Source: Felis catus
Taxonomy: Eukaryota
DNA length: 64,000 bases
Direction: 5' to 3'
Assembly (NCBI RefSeq): GCF_018350175.1
Contig: NC_058378.1
Coordinates: 80,724,001-80,788,000, forward strand
The notes beneath the pieces were generated by a model. That model saw nothing but the letters and a program-made list of their open reading frames with translations, made no database searches and was not told the DNA's origin. The stretch's first letter is position 1. Every line of letters starts with the position of its first letter. A program made the position numbers and the translations under genes. Shown piece by piece: positions 10,596 through 23,616 of this stretch.

Positions 10596-12314
10596 CCCAG
10601 AGGTGGGGGAAAAAACACACCCTATATCTGACTTATTGAAGATTAGTTAGAAATCGCGCCGCCTTGTCCCCTTTTTGCCCAGCAATGTGTAAGCCGTGGT
10701 GACACAGCAGCTCTGCTCGGACAGCGGGAGGGTCGTGGGGACGCCAGCGGGGCTTACACAGCTCGGTCCCCGGTGCACCTTGCAGTGGCCTGCAAAGCTC
10801 GGGTCTCGGCACACTCCCCAGCCCCCGGGGTTTTCCGGGGAAGGGGGCTGTTGGGAACAAAATCGCTCACGGGCACATTGCCTCGTCCCACAAAACGTCT
10901 GCAGCAGCCTGCTGGGAGAAAGCGATGGAACGTGGTCACAAAGTCAAACATACAAAACGGAATTGGGGACCACAGAGAATACAGGCGAAGGGTGTGATCA
11001 GTTTAAGGGGGAGAGATTTGATGTGCAAGGCTCATTCCTCCATATAGCTGTTACTTTGGCCCACGGACTTAGCGCTGAGCTTCCTGGCAGCCAAAGCGAA
11101 AAGAAGAACATTGTATGTGTTAAGATTTACTCCGTCTCAAACAAGGAAAAGGTGGGGGGTGGTGGGGTGGGGAGGCGGACGTACTACTTTGCGAGGAGAC
11201 ACCAATCTTCTCGTGCTGAGGGTGTGGGTCACCCTGGCATCCTCTGGTATAAGATGAGGGTCTAACGTCGTAGTGTGGTACACATTTCATGGTGTTTCTT
11301 CCTTCTTTCCTGGCTTATCATCACTGTTCACACCCGCCCTTCCACATCCAACAGGATCTTAATTCCCTTTCAAAGGCAAGCTTCTGGAAATAGTTGTCTG
11401 CCCCCTGTTGTGATTCTGTGTCCTCTCCCCGACTGGACACAGCCCTGGCCACCCTCTGGCACGGTCTTCGGGGAGCTGGGCACCACGGACACCTCCTTTG
11501 TTTGTGGGGCCTGGGCCCCCTGCTGGCTGCTCCTTCCTCAGGCAAACTTCTCTTTCCCGGACCTCGCTTCCCTGATTTCTCCTGTTCTCTGAGGGCCAGC
11601 TCTGCTTCCTCGGTCCCCGTGCCTTTCCTGGGGGGTCGCTGGTTTCCCTCTGCTGAAGGCCCCCAGCCTCGTGTCTCTCCTCTGAGGTTCAGCCCTGCAT
11701 GGCCGGGTGTCTCCTGGGCCCCCCTGAGCTGGTGTCTCCTGAGCCCCAGTCCCTCCTCCAGAGACTGGAGACTGCCGTGCCTCTTCCTCGGGTGCACGTA
11801 CCTCCTCTGTGGCCCCGAGGTCCCTGCCGTCATCAAGGCTCTCGCCACTCACCTGGAGTGGGGCACGGCCTTTGCCGCACCCCGGCCCGGCCCCCTCAGG
11901 TTCCTTCTCAATCCTGGAGCCCCAGAGATCTTTCCGAGATGCCCGTCTGAGCAGACCTTTTCCCTGCTTACAATAGGGTGGCAGGCTTTTCAGCCTTCAG
12001 GGGGACCCTGGGTCCCTGTCCTGCTCTGTGAACTCTGTAGAACCAGTCCCTTCCTCATGACACCCTGGCTCTCCGACTGCAACCCCCGACTTACTCTGCA
12101 CCTGGACGCAGACTGTCCCTTCTGCCCCACGCCCCCGACTGCACCTTGCACTGCCCTCACCGATCTTGAACCTCGGCTTGAATCTTGCCTCCTCCGAGAA
12201 GCCTTCCTGGACACCTCCTCGGGCTGACTCTGGCTGTCCTAGGATTGCAGGCTTCTTCTCCCTTAGAGGGTCTAGGACTTTCTCACATCTTCCACTGTCC
12301 GTGCCGTGACCCTG

Positions 12315-12626
12315 GGCCTACTGCCTGTTCTTGTGTGAGCTGAGAATGGTTTTTACAGATGAACATATGCAATCGACATGATAGGGAACACCGGCTTTGA
12401 ACCGCAATTAAGCAAAGCGCTGTCCTCCCCAAAAGAATCCCATTCTTCTTAGTAGACCTGTGCCACAAAGATATACCCAACATTCATCAATAAACCGTTT
12501 TGTGGAAATTTGTTTCTTCTCTTGTTATATATGTCCTTGTGTGATAGCCGTGATGTTGCCTCTTGGCCCATAAAGCCTAAAAGGGTTACCCTCTGGTCCT
12601 TCATAGAACAAGTTTGCTGACCCCTG
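12315..12626 (-). mobile_element. MER58-family hAT-Charlie MITE
   Basis: gagaatggtttttacagatgaac...tgtggaaatttgtttc...cttggcccataaagcctaaaa...aagtttgctgacccctg terminus. Confidence 0.8.
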
Positions 12627-13225
12627 GGTCTGTATGTTCTAAGGACAAAATCCAAAGCCTTAGTGGGTCCAGGCCTTGCGCCCCTCTCCGGTCTCATCGC
12701 AGCTGTCCTCTCTATCCGACTCTCCCAGGATGTCAAAACGCTCCTGTTTCTCAGGCCTGAGTCCTCCCCCAGGCCGTCCCCTCCCTGACCAGCATGCAAT
12801 CTCCTCGTCTCCGCTCACACACCTGGCCTTCTGGGAGCTTCCTCCGGGCCCCTTGGGTTGGGGGTGGGTGCCCCCTGTTATCCCATCGCCTGCCTCCCGT
12901 CACCGCATTGGGCTCTCTCCACGGTCCTGTCGACTTGGCCTTAGTCCCCAGCGGCAGCCCCCATAGCCCATGGGTTCTGTTCAGGCATGATTGTCTCTGT
13001 CCCATCCCCCGCTGTCCGGCACACGGACGGAAACTGCCAAATATCTGTTGAGCGAACAAATGAACGAAAGCAAGAAGGCGGAGTTCTGAGGCCGAGGACG
13101 ACCCAGGCCGGCCAGGGGACCGCAGCGGCGGCGCATCTTTCGGGCGAACCATAGGTCAAGTTTCTTTGGGTGGTGGTTCGCTGACTGGCGGTCTGAGGGT
13201 CAGCTTCCTCGATGCTGGTGGGATG

Positions 13226-13980
13226 ACCCCCCCCCCCCACCTCCCTTCCGGCAGCCACTGGTTTGTTCTCCGTGCTTATGAGTTTGTGTCCACTTGCTCC
13301 TTTGTTTTGTTTTTCCAGATTCCGCATGAAGGTCAAATTATGCGCCATTTGTCCCTCTCTCTCTGACTTACGGCACTTAGCACGATACCTCTAGGTCCAC
13401 CCGTGTTGGCAAGATTTCACTCTTCCTTGGGGGCTGAGTGATATTCCATTGCGTAGATACGCCACGTCTCTAGCCACTCATCTATCCGTCAACACTCACT
13501 TAGGTCACTTCCACATCTTGAGACCCTGCGGTAAATAGAAGGCGTGCACGGATCTTCTTGAATCAGTGTTTTCATTTTCTTTAGGGTAAATGCACAGCCG
13601 TGGAAGTGCTGGCTCGTATGGTAGTTCTATTTTTAAGTTTTGGAGGAGTCTCCACACTGTTTTCCACGGCGGCTGTGCTAGTTTGCAGGCCCACCGACAG
13701 TGCACGAGGGTTCCCTTTTCTCCACGTCCTCACCACCCTTGATACTTTTTGTCGTTTTGATTCTCGCTATTCTGACAGGTGTGAGGTGATATCTCGTTGT
13801 GGTTCTGATTTGCATTTCCCCGATGATTCATGACGTTGAGCATCTTTTCATGCGTCGATTGGCCATCTGTATGTCTTCTTTGAAAGAATGTCTCTTCTGG
13901 TCCTCTGCCCATTTTAAATTGGATGGTTTGCTTTTTTTGTTGTTGAGCTGTATGAGTTCTTTGTAGATTTTGGATGTTAA
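13226..13980 (-). mobile_element. LINE-1 3' segment (ORF2 C-terminus + 3' UTR)
   Basis: ORF 13505-13705 (-) [27 protein letters not shown] is the L1 ORF2 C-terminal motif. Confidence 0.92.
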
Positions 13981-13983
13981 TGG

Positions 13984-14738
13984 ACCATGGCTTATGGACT
14001 GGAAGAATTAATACTGTTAAGATGTCCACACTACCGAAAGCGATCTATGGATTCAGGGCAATCCCTGTCAACTTACCAACAGCCTTTTCGCCCAACGAGA
14101 ACAAATAATCCTAACATTTGTGTGGAACCACAAGAGATTCCAGAGAGCCAAAGCAATCCTGAGAAAGAAGAACAAAACTGGGGGCATCACAATCCCAGAT
14201 TTCAAACTATACCACAAAGCTGTAGTAATGAAAACAGTATGATGCTGGCACAAAAACAGACACACAGATCAACGGGACAGAAGAGACAGCCTAAAATAAA
14301 CCCATGTTTATGTGGTCAATTAATCTACAACAAAGGAGGCAAGGATGTACGATGGGGAAAAAGACAGTCTCTTCAACGAATGGCGCTGGGAAAACTGAAC
14401 AGCCACACGCAAAAGAATGAAACTGGACCACTTTCTTACAGCCGATACACAAATAAAACCAAAACGGATAAAAAACCTAAATGACTAAAGGATTAAAAAC
14501 CAAAATGGATAAAAAACCTAAACCAGAAACCATAAACCTCCTGAAAGAAAACATGGCCAGTAAGTTTTGGCACAGGGGTCTTAGCAAGGTATTTATGGAT
14601 GTGTCCTCAGGCAAGGGCAACCGAAGCAAAAATCAACAACTGTAACTACGTTAAACTAAAAAGCTTTTGCACAGAGAAGGAAATCGACGGAGTGAAGAGA
14701 CAACCTACCGAAAGGGAGAGAGATTTGCACATGACGTA
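13984..14738 (+). mobile_element. LINE-1 ORF2 segment, inverted relative to the adjacent 3' segment
   Basis: catggcttatggactggaagaattaatactgttaagatgtcc ... caacctaccgaaagggagagagatttgca is L1 ORF2 in sense orientation. Confidence 0.9.
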
Positions 14739-16535
14739 CTCTCTTGCGTCCTCACTGCTGCACCCAAGGGGACTCTTCCCTTGACCCGTCTGTGCTGCTT
14801 CAGGCGTGCAGCCTTCTACAGAGTTCCTTCTCCTGGGTTTCTGCCCTCCCTCCCCCAGGCTGCCCGTCTCCGTGGCTACCCCTTCCTTCCCGGGCTCCCC
14901 TCCCAGGCTGGCCCTTTAGAGTTGGCCCCTCATGCCTCTGCCCTGAATCCTGCTCCTGGCTCCCTCTGCTCAGTCTCTTGTGGGGACCTCCTCCCAGCAG
15001 AGAAGCCCAGGTCCAGGGTCCGACCATCTCTTCTGAGATGCAGCTGGTCTACTGAGCATCGCACTGCCCCAGCCCTGACTCCTCAGACATGGCACCCTGC
15101 CGTCTGAACCCATCATCCCACTGGTCGTGCCTAAAAGGCCTCTGATGCGTCCCCCTGCCGTCCTCTTCTCTCCTTCAACCCCTAGCTCAGGGTCACCATC
15201 TCCAGGAGACTCCCTGAGCCCTGCATTTACCTCGACCTGAACACTGGTCTTACTCTCAGGGGTTCCATGACCATCCCCTCTCCCTTGAGGCAGGGACCGT
15301 GCCTTCCAGCCCCACCGCAGCCTGGCACGGGGTGGGGGTCTCAGCCTAGGGGACGGAGGTGCAGGTGGGGCAGAGAAGGTTGTCAGGTAGGCTCTGGAGA
15401 GCAGGAGAGGGCTAGTAACCGGGCAGATGGTATGCACCCCTCAATGTAGAGGGTGCGGGCCTCTAGGGCTGCCTTCTCCCTGACCACCCCTGAGGCCGGA
15501 CTGCCCTCCCTGAGGAAGAGGGGGGCCATGCCGGCTTGGGCCCTCCCCTTGGCAACGGGCTAAAGCAGACGATGGTTGGGAATCTTTACTTCCAACCCCC
15601 ATCAAGATTGAAAGCAAGCTAAAAGGGTGCATTAACCTCCCAGCACCACTCGAAACCCAGCTCCACATTCACTGGGAATTAAAGTAATTGATGAACTTGT
15701 ACTTGAGACATAGGTTCACATAAATAAAGAGCTACGAGCTCTAAGAATAACACTCGTTGTTGTTTTTTTTTTTTAAATAAGGTAAAGATCAACATGTGAC
15801 TCACCCCATGAGGCTCCATGTCGAGCACTTAGGAGGCTGGAGAGAACGGGGAAATGAAGATGTTTATTCAAAAATCAATATATTTATCCTAAATGGGGTT
15901 GGAGACCCACACAGGTAACGTCTGGTCCTGCTGTAGCCCGCACCCCCCCCCCCCCGCCAGTCACTCTAGGGCAGGGTGGGTTCTGGGCAGGAAGGGGTTA
16001 AGGTATGGATTTCAACTCAAAGTTGAAGGAAGACCCCTGGCTGAGCTTTTCATTGTGTTGAGGAAAAATGTTTTAAAAATCAATATAACAGTGTATAAAA
16101 GGATCTTCTAAAGATCCGACTCAGCCCCATCCACCGGGGCGGAGCTGGAGCGGCCCGAGCGGGGCTTCAGTGAGCCACAGAAGAGGGGGGGTGTTTAATC
16201 CTCTCTGGCTAGCAGCTAATGAGGCGGGAGTATTTGGGCGATTCCTGGTGCACGTGGAAAAACTGTTTCTAAAGAGTTCTAATTGCCTCCGCAGGAACAG
16301 ATCATAAAACGCCGGACCTTCCCATCAGCTGCGACAGTAATTGAACACTCTCCCTGACCCCTCCCGGGCCCAACTGGTAGATGACACAGTGATATAGAAA
16401 CTATAATAACGAAGAGTCATTCAACGAACATGGGTGGCATTCATGCCCCAAGTCAGGGGCCGGTTCTGCGCCACCGGATGGATGGAAAACTCACGAGGAG
16501 GGAGCTTTGCCCCTGGGGGAGCTCAGACTCTGATG

Positions 16536-16784
16536 GGGCGGCCTTCAAACTTTTGAACCGCGCCCATCAGAAGAAACCCGTATCACAAGGGATTCCCAGC
16601 ACAGGCAGTACCGTCTGGGAAAAAAACCTCATGACGCGACAGTCACTTGGACTTTGTGTGACGCGCTCTATTTTCTATTCTAGGCTATTCTGTTGAAAAA
16701 AGAGGAAGGGCTGGTTGCTAGCCTCAAAATTGATTTCATGACCCACTACTAATGCCCAGTGAAGTTTGAAGTTTGAAAATTCTG
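16536..16784 (-). mobile_element. MER112-like hAT-Charlie MITE within an L2 remnant
   Basis: ggccttcaaacttttgaaccgcg...ctattttctattct...aaattgatttcatgacccacta...gtttgaaaattctg. Confidence 0.65.
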
Positions 16785-16980
16785 CTCTAATGCAAGGGCA
16801 GAAGTGAAGAGTGATTTAAGAGAAAGAAAAGTGCTACGCGTGGGAGTCGCTTCTGGCTGGGAGATCAGGGAGGGCCCCATGGTGGAGGTGGCATTCCTGC
16901 TGGGCCCTGAATGATGGATGGTGCTTGCAATTTAGATGGGCTGAGTTGGACAGAGCAATTGTATTTGTAATTGCGTATAC

Positions 16981-17022
16981 ATTATATTATTATTATTATT
17001 ATTATTACTGTTATTATTATTA
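16981..17022. repeat. (TAT)n microsatellite
   Basis: Direct observation. Confidence 0.9.
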
Positions 17023-17050
17023 ATGAAGTAAAGAGCATTCTCTTCCCCAA

Positions 17051-17181
17051 GGGGCTTTTCCACCGATAGCTTTACTGGATCATCCTAGCAAACCCTTGAC
17101 CAACTTAGATATTAGCTGCTTTTTATCAATGGGGAAACTGAGTCAGAGAGGTAAAGGATTTTGGCCAAGGACACAGAGCTC
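17051..17181 (-). mobile_element. MIR fragment
   Basis: atggggaaactgagtcagagaggtaaag...ggccaaggacacagagct MIR core. Confidence 0.7.
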
Positions 17182-19846
17182 CTCGACTTCAGCAGCACCC
17201 AGTCTGGGCTTGAGTCTGCCTGGATTGCAGCCCCCCCTTGGGACCCCGCAGAAAGAAACACCAGGCTGGACTCTGTTTCCCTTCTGGTTGGTGGGATGCG
17301 GGGGGACGAGTAGGGTGGCCACCGACCTTACAAGATTCTTTCCCTCTTTTCCTCCCTAGCCCTTCCCTTCCCCAGTGTCCCTGCTGGTACCTCTCCGGCC
17401 GATGCCCTGGGCACCTTGGGAGGCGTGTCAGGCTGTGGGCTCCTCCGAGAGACCTCAGCCAGCTCTCCCGCATCACAGCCAGATGACCCCTCTTCTGAGG
17501 GTCTCCATCAGGAGAAATGAACTTGGTGACCTTAAGCATCCCACCCAGACTCAGGGATAACTGTCCCCCCGCCCCACCCTGAAACTTCCCTCGTTCTCTG
17601 GGAACCTGACCTCCCCGGTCTGGGGGCCTGAGCTGAAGGTACAATCTTTCTGTCCTCCAAGTCTGAGAGCTGCTCTCACCCGGGCACCAGGCTGAACCCC
17701 CAACGTCATCTGTTTGCCTTCCTTTCTCTCAAGGAACTTACAATTTAATCAGGAGTCCCTAATAGTACACACATTCTAAATTGCAATCATTTATTGCATC
17801 TAGCCTGGGGCTTTTCTGTCTGTTAGAAATATCAGGGTTATTTCCTTCTTTTAAGAGTTTACGTTAAAAAAAAAAACCCCAAACTTTACAAATAATGGTT
17901 GCTGCTTAATGTTCTCCCCTGAAATATCAATCTGCAAAAATAGAAATCCTTTTTTACAATTCATCTTAAGGATAGAGTTCCAGTTTCTTATAATGTAATG
18001 AATGTACCACAGATAATGGTCCAATACTGCAAATGAAAGGCGCATATAATCAAAATGATAATGGAGCGTATTGTACGGCTTGTATAATAAAATCCATACC
18101 AATATGGAAATCATATCTCAAGGCAACATTCCTCTCTTTGATTTTTGTAATAATTGTACATGTAAGAGCAGGGCAGCAAGAAGTGGAGAGAACAAAGGCC
18201 TTTATTGCTTCATTAGGCAGCTGGCGTTCTGATGGTCCGGCCTGTCAACAGCCGTCCCTTAATTTCCAAGGGAAGCTTCTCCCCTTTCCGCAGAAATGAT
18301 TTACCGTTCACGTTGGCGCCCTCCTCAGCCCCCCTCTTCTCTGCGAAGACTCCCAATTAGACTAAATGTGCTGTGATAGCGATTTTGATCGGCACCTTCT
18401 GTCTTCTGGGGCACGGGGTCTTGGGGTTCGGGGCAGATAGGAGCCAGGCCCCTGGATGCTTTGGTGGGAAGGAGAAGAGCCCCCTGGGGCGCTTATGGAG
18501 CCTGGGGACTGGACGACTTCTGTGGCCGGCTGGGCCCCGTTCCGTCTTGTCTCCGAATTCTTGTGTTCGGGCGTAGGTCATCCTGCCTCTGTTTATCAAG
18601 TCTTTGGTGGGGGTATTCTGTGCACCAGGAGCGGTGGGCTTGGGGCTGTGTCTGAGGGAGTCTGAGGGGAGTGGGCCCGAGCCCCACAGCCCAAGCGGGT
18701 AGCTCACACGAGAGAGCTGGTTGGCCTGTGGAGCAATCTGTGGGAAGGTGTCCATTCTGGAGTCAGCCCGGAGTAGATCTTGGAACAGGCACTGACTCGA
18801 GTGCGACCTTGGCATTGGCCTTGACGTTTCCAGCCTCAAAGATGGCTCAAGCCAGAGCCGCCTGCAGACCCCGGTCCTTAAGGCCAGGTCCGCTGCCTTC
18901 TCCACCATAACCCAGGTTGGGCTTTGCCAACCTGAGGGTAGGGGCTCTGGGTGGGAGGTCCGAGCGGCACCCTTCAGACGCTGGGCACCGGCAGGGTCTC
19001 AGTGGCTGGCGGGCCTCCCTCAGAGTCTGCCTCGGCCCCGCCTCACCCCAGACCCTCCTCATTGGTCCCTCTTCTCTGACTCCTGACCTCAGCTGGCCCT
19101 GGTCTGATCATCGGGGCTTCTCTGTGCCCCCTGTCACACTTCTCGTCCCCAGGCTTCAGCTTCAGCTGATAACTCTGCCCTACGGGGCCTGTATGGGTTG
19201 GTTAGCACCAGCTTCCTCCTGGGCCAGGGTGGGGTGCAGTGGACAGCAGTAACCACGAATCTGGGGACACTATTCTGCATTACCCCAGTGGGTTCTTCAA
19301 TAGCCCCCTTCAGGTGGGCACTTTCTTATCCCCGTTTTATGAAGAAAGCTGCTATAAACATCCATGTGCAGGCTTTGGTGTAGACATAGTTTTCATCTCC
19401 TTTGGGTCAATATCAAGGAGCTTGACTGCTGGATCATGTGGTAAGTGTGCTTAGTTATGTAAGAAACCAGCCAGACTGTCTTCCAAAGTGCCTGGATCAT
19501 TTTACATGCCCACCAGCAATGAATCCGAGTTTCTCTACATCCTCGCCAGCATTTGGTGTCAGTGTTTTGGATTTTGTCCATTATGATAGGAGTGTGGTGG
19601 TGTCTCATTGCTTTAATGTGTATTTCCCTGATGACATATGATGTGGAGCATCTTTTCATATGCTTTTTTGCTACTGTATATCTTCTTTGGTAAAGTGTGT
19701 GTTAAGGATTTGATCCATCTTTTAATTTAGGTTGTCTGTTTTCTTGTTTAGTTGTAAGTTTCTCTGTATATCTTGGATAACAGTCCTTTACCACATGTGT
19801 CTTTTGCAAATCTTTTCTTCCAGTCTGTGGCTTGTCTGTTCATCCT

Positions 19847-20080
19847 TTTTTTTTTTTAAGGTTTTTTTTTTTTTTTTTAATGTTTATTCACTTTTGGAAG
19901 ACAGAGACAGAGTGTGAGCAGGGCAGGGGGCAGAGAGAGAGGGAGACACAGAATCGGAAGCAAGCTTCAGGCTCTGAGCTGTCAGCACAGGGCCCGACGC
20001 GGGGCTCGAACCCACGAACTGTGAGATCATGACCTGAGCTGAAGTCGGACACCTAACCGACTGAGCCCCCCAGGCGCCCC
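19847..20080 (-). mobile_element. CanSINE in L1
   Basis: Full body; TSD tgttcatcct at 19837-19846 and 20081-20090. Confidence 0.97.
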
Positions 20081-20690
20081 TGTTCATCCTCTTAACAGTG
20101 TCTTTCACAGAGCAGAAATTTTTACTTTTGATCAACTTCTGCTTATCACCTCGTTCTTTTATGCCTTTGGTGTCATATCTAGTAAGCACCACCAAATCCA
20201 CGGGTTGGTGAAAGTCATCTAGATTTTCTCCTGTCATTTTCTAGGAGTTGTATAGTTTTGCACCTCACATTTAGGTCAGCGATCCATTTTGAGTCAGTTT
20301 TTGTGAAGAGTGTAAGAATGGTGTCTATACTCATTTTTTTTTTTTTACATGAGGATGTCCAATTGTTCGAGCACCATTTGTTGAAAAGAGGGCCTTTTCT
20401 CCATTTTATTAACTTTGCTTCTTTCTTAAAGGTCGGTTGACTATATTTATGTGAGTCTCTTTCTCTCCTACTCAGTTCCATTGATCTATTTTCCTATTAT
20501 TTCACCAATCCCACACTGTTTGGGTTATTGTAGTCTTATATTAAATCTTGAAGTCAGGTTAGTGTCAGTCCTGACTTTGTTTTTCCTCCTCAGTATGGTG
20601 TTTGCTCTTCTGGGTCTTTGGCCTTTCCATATTTTGGGGTTTTGTTTGGGATTGCACTGAACCACTACATCAGGTTGGGAAGAATTGAAA

Positions 20691-20829
20691 NNNNNNNNNN
20701 NNNNNNNNNNNNNNNNNNNNNNNNNNNNNNNNNNNNNNNNNNNNNNNNNNNNNNNNNNNNNNNNNNNNNNNNNNNNNNNNNNNNNNNNNNNNNNNNNNNN
20801 NNNNNNNNNNNNNNNNNNNNNNNNNNNNN
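20691..20829. other. Assembly gap (139 N)
   Basis: N run. Confidence 1.
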
Positions 20830-21230
20830 TTTCATTTTGGGGGTGCTAATGTAAATAGTATTGTGCTTTTAATTTCAAATTCCACTTGTTCATTGCTAGT
20901 ATATAGGAAAGCAGTTGACTTTTGTATCTTGTATCGGTAGCCTTGCTATCATTGTTTATTAGTTTCAGGATTTTTTATTGTTGTTGATGATCTTTTTTCA
21001 GATTTTCTTCATAGGCAGTCATGTCATCTGCAAAAGTTTTATTTCTTCCTCCCTAATAAGTATACCTTCTATTCCTTTTATCATTTTACTGCATTATCTA
21101 GGACTTTGAGAATGATATTGGAAAGGAGTGGTGAGAGGGACATCCTTGCCATGTTCCTAATCTTAGTAGAAAAGCTTCAAGTTTCTCACCATTGATTATG
21201 GTGTTAGCTGTAGGTATTTTGTAGATACAC

Positions 21231-21356
21231 TTTTTTTTTTAAGAGAGAGAGCAAGTGGGTGAGAGGAGAGGGAATCTCAAATCCACAACCCTGGGATCAC
21301 GACCTGTGCCAAAATCAAGAGTCGGGCACTCAACTGACTGAGTCACCCAGGTGCCC
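21231..21356 (-). mobile_element. CanSINE with internal deletion
   Basis: T tail, short body, ...gagtcacccaggtgccc; TSD tgtagatac. Confidence 0.88.
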
Positions 21357-21922
21357 TGTAGATACTTTTGTCAAGTTGAAGAAGTTCCCTTCTATTCCTA
21401 GTTTACTGAGAGTTTTTACCATGAATGGATATTGGGTTTTGTCAATAGATGTTTATTTCTGCATCTACCATGATCTCATGATTTTTCTTCTTTAACCTGC
21501 TGAGGTAATGGATTATAGTGATTAGTTTTTGGAGCAGCCTTACAAATACCACTTGGTTGTGGTGTAAAAATCTTTTTATTATTTATTGGATTTAATTTGC
21601 TAATATATATTTTGAGGACTTTTTTGCTTTTAAATTCATGGGAGATATTGGTGAGGAGTTTTCTTTTTTTTTTGATATGTCTTTGATTTGGTATTAGGGT
21701 GATGTTGGACTCCCAGAATGAGCTACAAAGTATTCCCTCTACTTCTAACTTATGAAAGAGACTGTAGAGTATGGGTGTAATTTCTTTCTTAAATGTTTGA
21801 TAGAATTCACCACTGACCCCATCTATGCCTAGTACTTCCTGTTTCTGAAAGTTATTAATTATTGATTCACTATCTTTAATAGATACAGGTCTATTCAGAT
21901 TATTTATTTCTTCTCGTGTGAG

Positions 21923-22095
21923 NNNNNNNNNNNNNNNNNNNNNNNNNNNNNNNNNNNNNNNNNNNNNNNNNNNNNNNNNNNNNNNNNNNNNNNNNNNNNN
22001 NNNNNNNNNNNNNNNNNNNNNNNNNNNNNNNNNNNNNNNNNNNNNNNNNNNNNNNNNNNNNNNNNNNNNNNNNNNNNNNNNNNNNNNNNNNNNNN
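21923..22095. other. Assembly gap (173 N)
   Basis: N run. Confidence 1.
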
Positions 22096-22430
22096 TTTTT
22101 CTTGGTTAGCTTGGCTAAAGGCTTATCAATTATATTGGTCTTTTTAAAGAATCAGCTTTTGTTCTCATAGATATTTTCTATTGATATCCTGTTTTCAATT
22201 TCATTGATGTATGCTCTAATTTTTATTATTTCTTCTACTTATTTTGGGATTAATTTGCTCTTTTTTTTTTTTTAGTTTCCTATGGCAGAAGCTTAGATAA
22301 CTGATTCTAGAGCTTTCTTTTTGTCTAAGTATGTGCATTCAATGCTATAAATTTCCCTCAAAGCACTGCTTTCCCTGCATCCTACAAATCTTGATTAGTT
22401 GTGTTTTCATTTCTCTCTGGTTAAAAATAT

Positions 22431-22638
22431 TTTTTAATGTGTATTACTTTATTTTGAAAGAGAGAAAGAGAGAGGGTGAGTGGGGGAGGGGCAGAGAGAG
22501 GGAGAGAGAGAATCCCAAGCAGGTGCCACCCTGTCAGTGCAGAGCTCAATGTGGGGATCGATCCCACAAACGGTGAGATCATGACCTGAGCTGAGATCAA
22601 GAGTCAGATGCTTAACCAACTGAGCCACCCAGGCACCC
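22431..22638 (-). mobile_element. CanSINE in L1
   Basis: Full body; TSD gttaaaaatattttt. Confidence 0.95.
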
Positions 22639-22704
22639 TAGTTAAAAATATTTTTAATTTCTCTTGAAATTTCTTTTTTGACCCATGTGTTATTTACAAG
22701 TATG

Positions 22705-22945
22705 TTTTTTTTTAATTTTTAATTAAAACAATTTTTTAAATATATTTATTTATTTTTGAGAGAGAGACAGAACACAAACAGGGGAGGGCCAGAGAGAGAG
22801 GGAGACACAGAATCTGAAGCAGCCTCCAGGCTCCAAGCTGTCAGCACAGAGCCCAACGCAGGGCTCAAACTCACGAACTGTGAGTCCTTAGCCAAAGTCC
22901 TTAGCCAAAGTCGGACGCTTAACCAACTGAGCTATCCTGGTGCTC
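22705..22945 (-). mobile_element. CanSINE in L1
   Basis: TSD aagtatgttttt; internal 13-bp duplication gtccttagccaaa. Confidence 0.93.
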
Positions 22946-23616
22946 AAAGTATGTTTTTAAATCTCCACATATTTTGGGATTATCTTTCTGTTATTGATTT
23001 CTAGTTTGATCCAATTGCGGTCTGGGAAAAGATATTATATGATTTCTGTACATCTGAATTTGTTAAGGTGTGTTTCATGGCCCAGAATGCAATCTATCCT
23101 GGTGAATGATCCATGTAAGCTTGAGAAGAATATGTATTCTGCTGTTGTTGAATGAATAGTCAACAGACATTTATTGTTGATGGCATTGCTGAGTTCAACT
23201 ATGTCTTTACTAAGTTTCTGCCTGAGGGATTTATCCATTTATGATAGAGGGATGTTGCCTATAATTGTGGATTAATCTATTTATTCTTGCAGTCTTACCT
23301 GTTTTTGCCTCACATATTTTGATGCTCTGTTGTTAGGAGCATATAAGTTAAGGATTGTTATGTCTTGGAGATTTGACTTCTTTCTCGTTATGTAATGCCC
23401 TTGTTATCCCTGATAACTTTCCTTGCTTTGAAGTCTTCTCTGTCTGAAATTATTATAGCTACTTCAGCTTTCTTTTGGTTAGTGTATAGAAGTTACATGC
23501 TAATAAGTATATTAGATACATAATTAAGGATATATAATTGAATACGTTGTTGCAATTATTATTTTCAACAAACTTCTATTTGTTAGGTCAAGCAAGAATT
23601 AAAAAAATATGTGTTA

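Noticed and set aside
11394-12227. Longest ORF (277 aa, +)
   Set aside because: Non-ATG start, Pro/Leu/Ser-rich with no recognisable domain, overlapping ORFs in several frames; expected by chance in GC-rich DNA.
13987-14484. ORFs within L1 sequence (also 19393, 20215, 23035, 26277, 32274)
   Set aside because: Frameshifted, stop-riddled L1 ORF2 remnants, not functional coding sequences.
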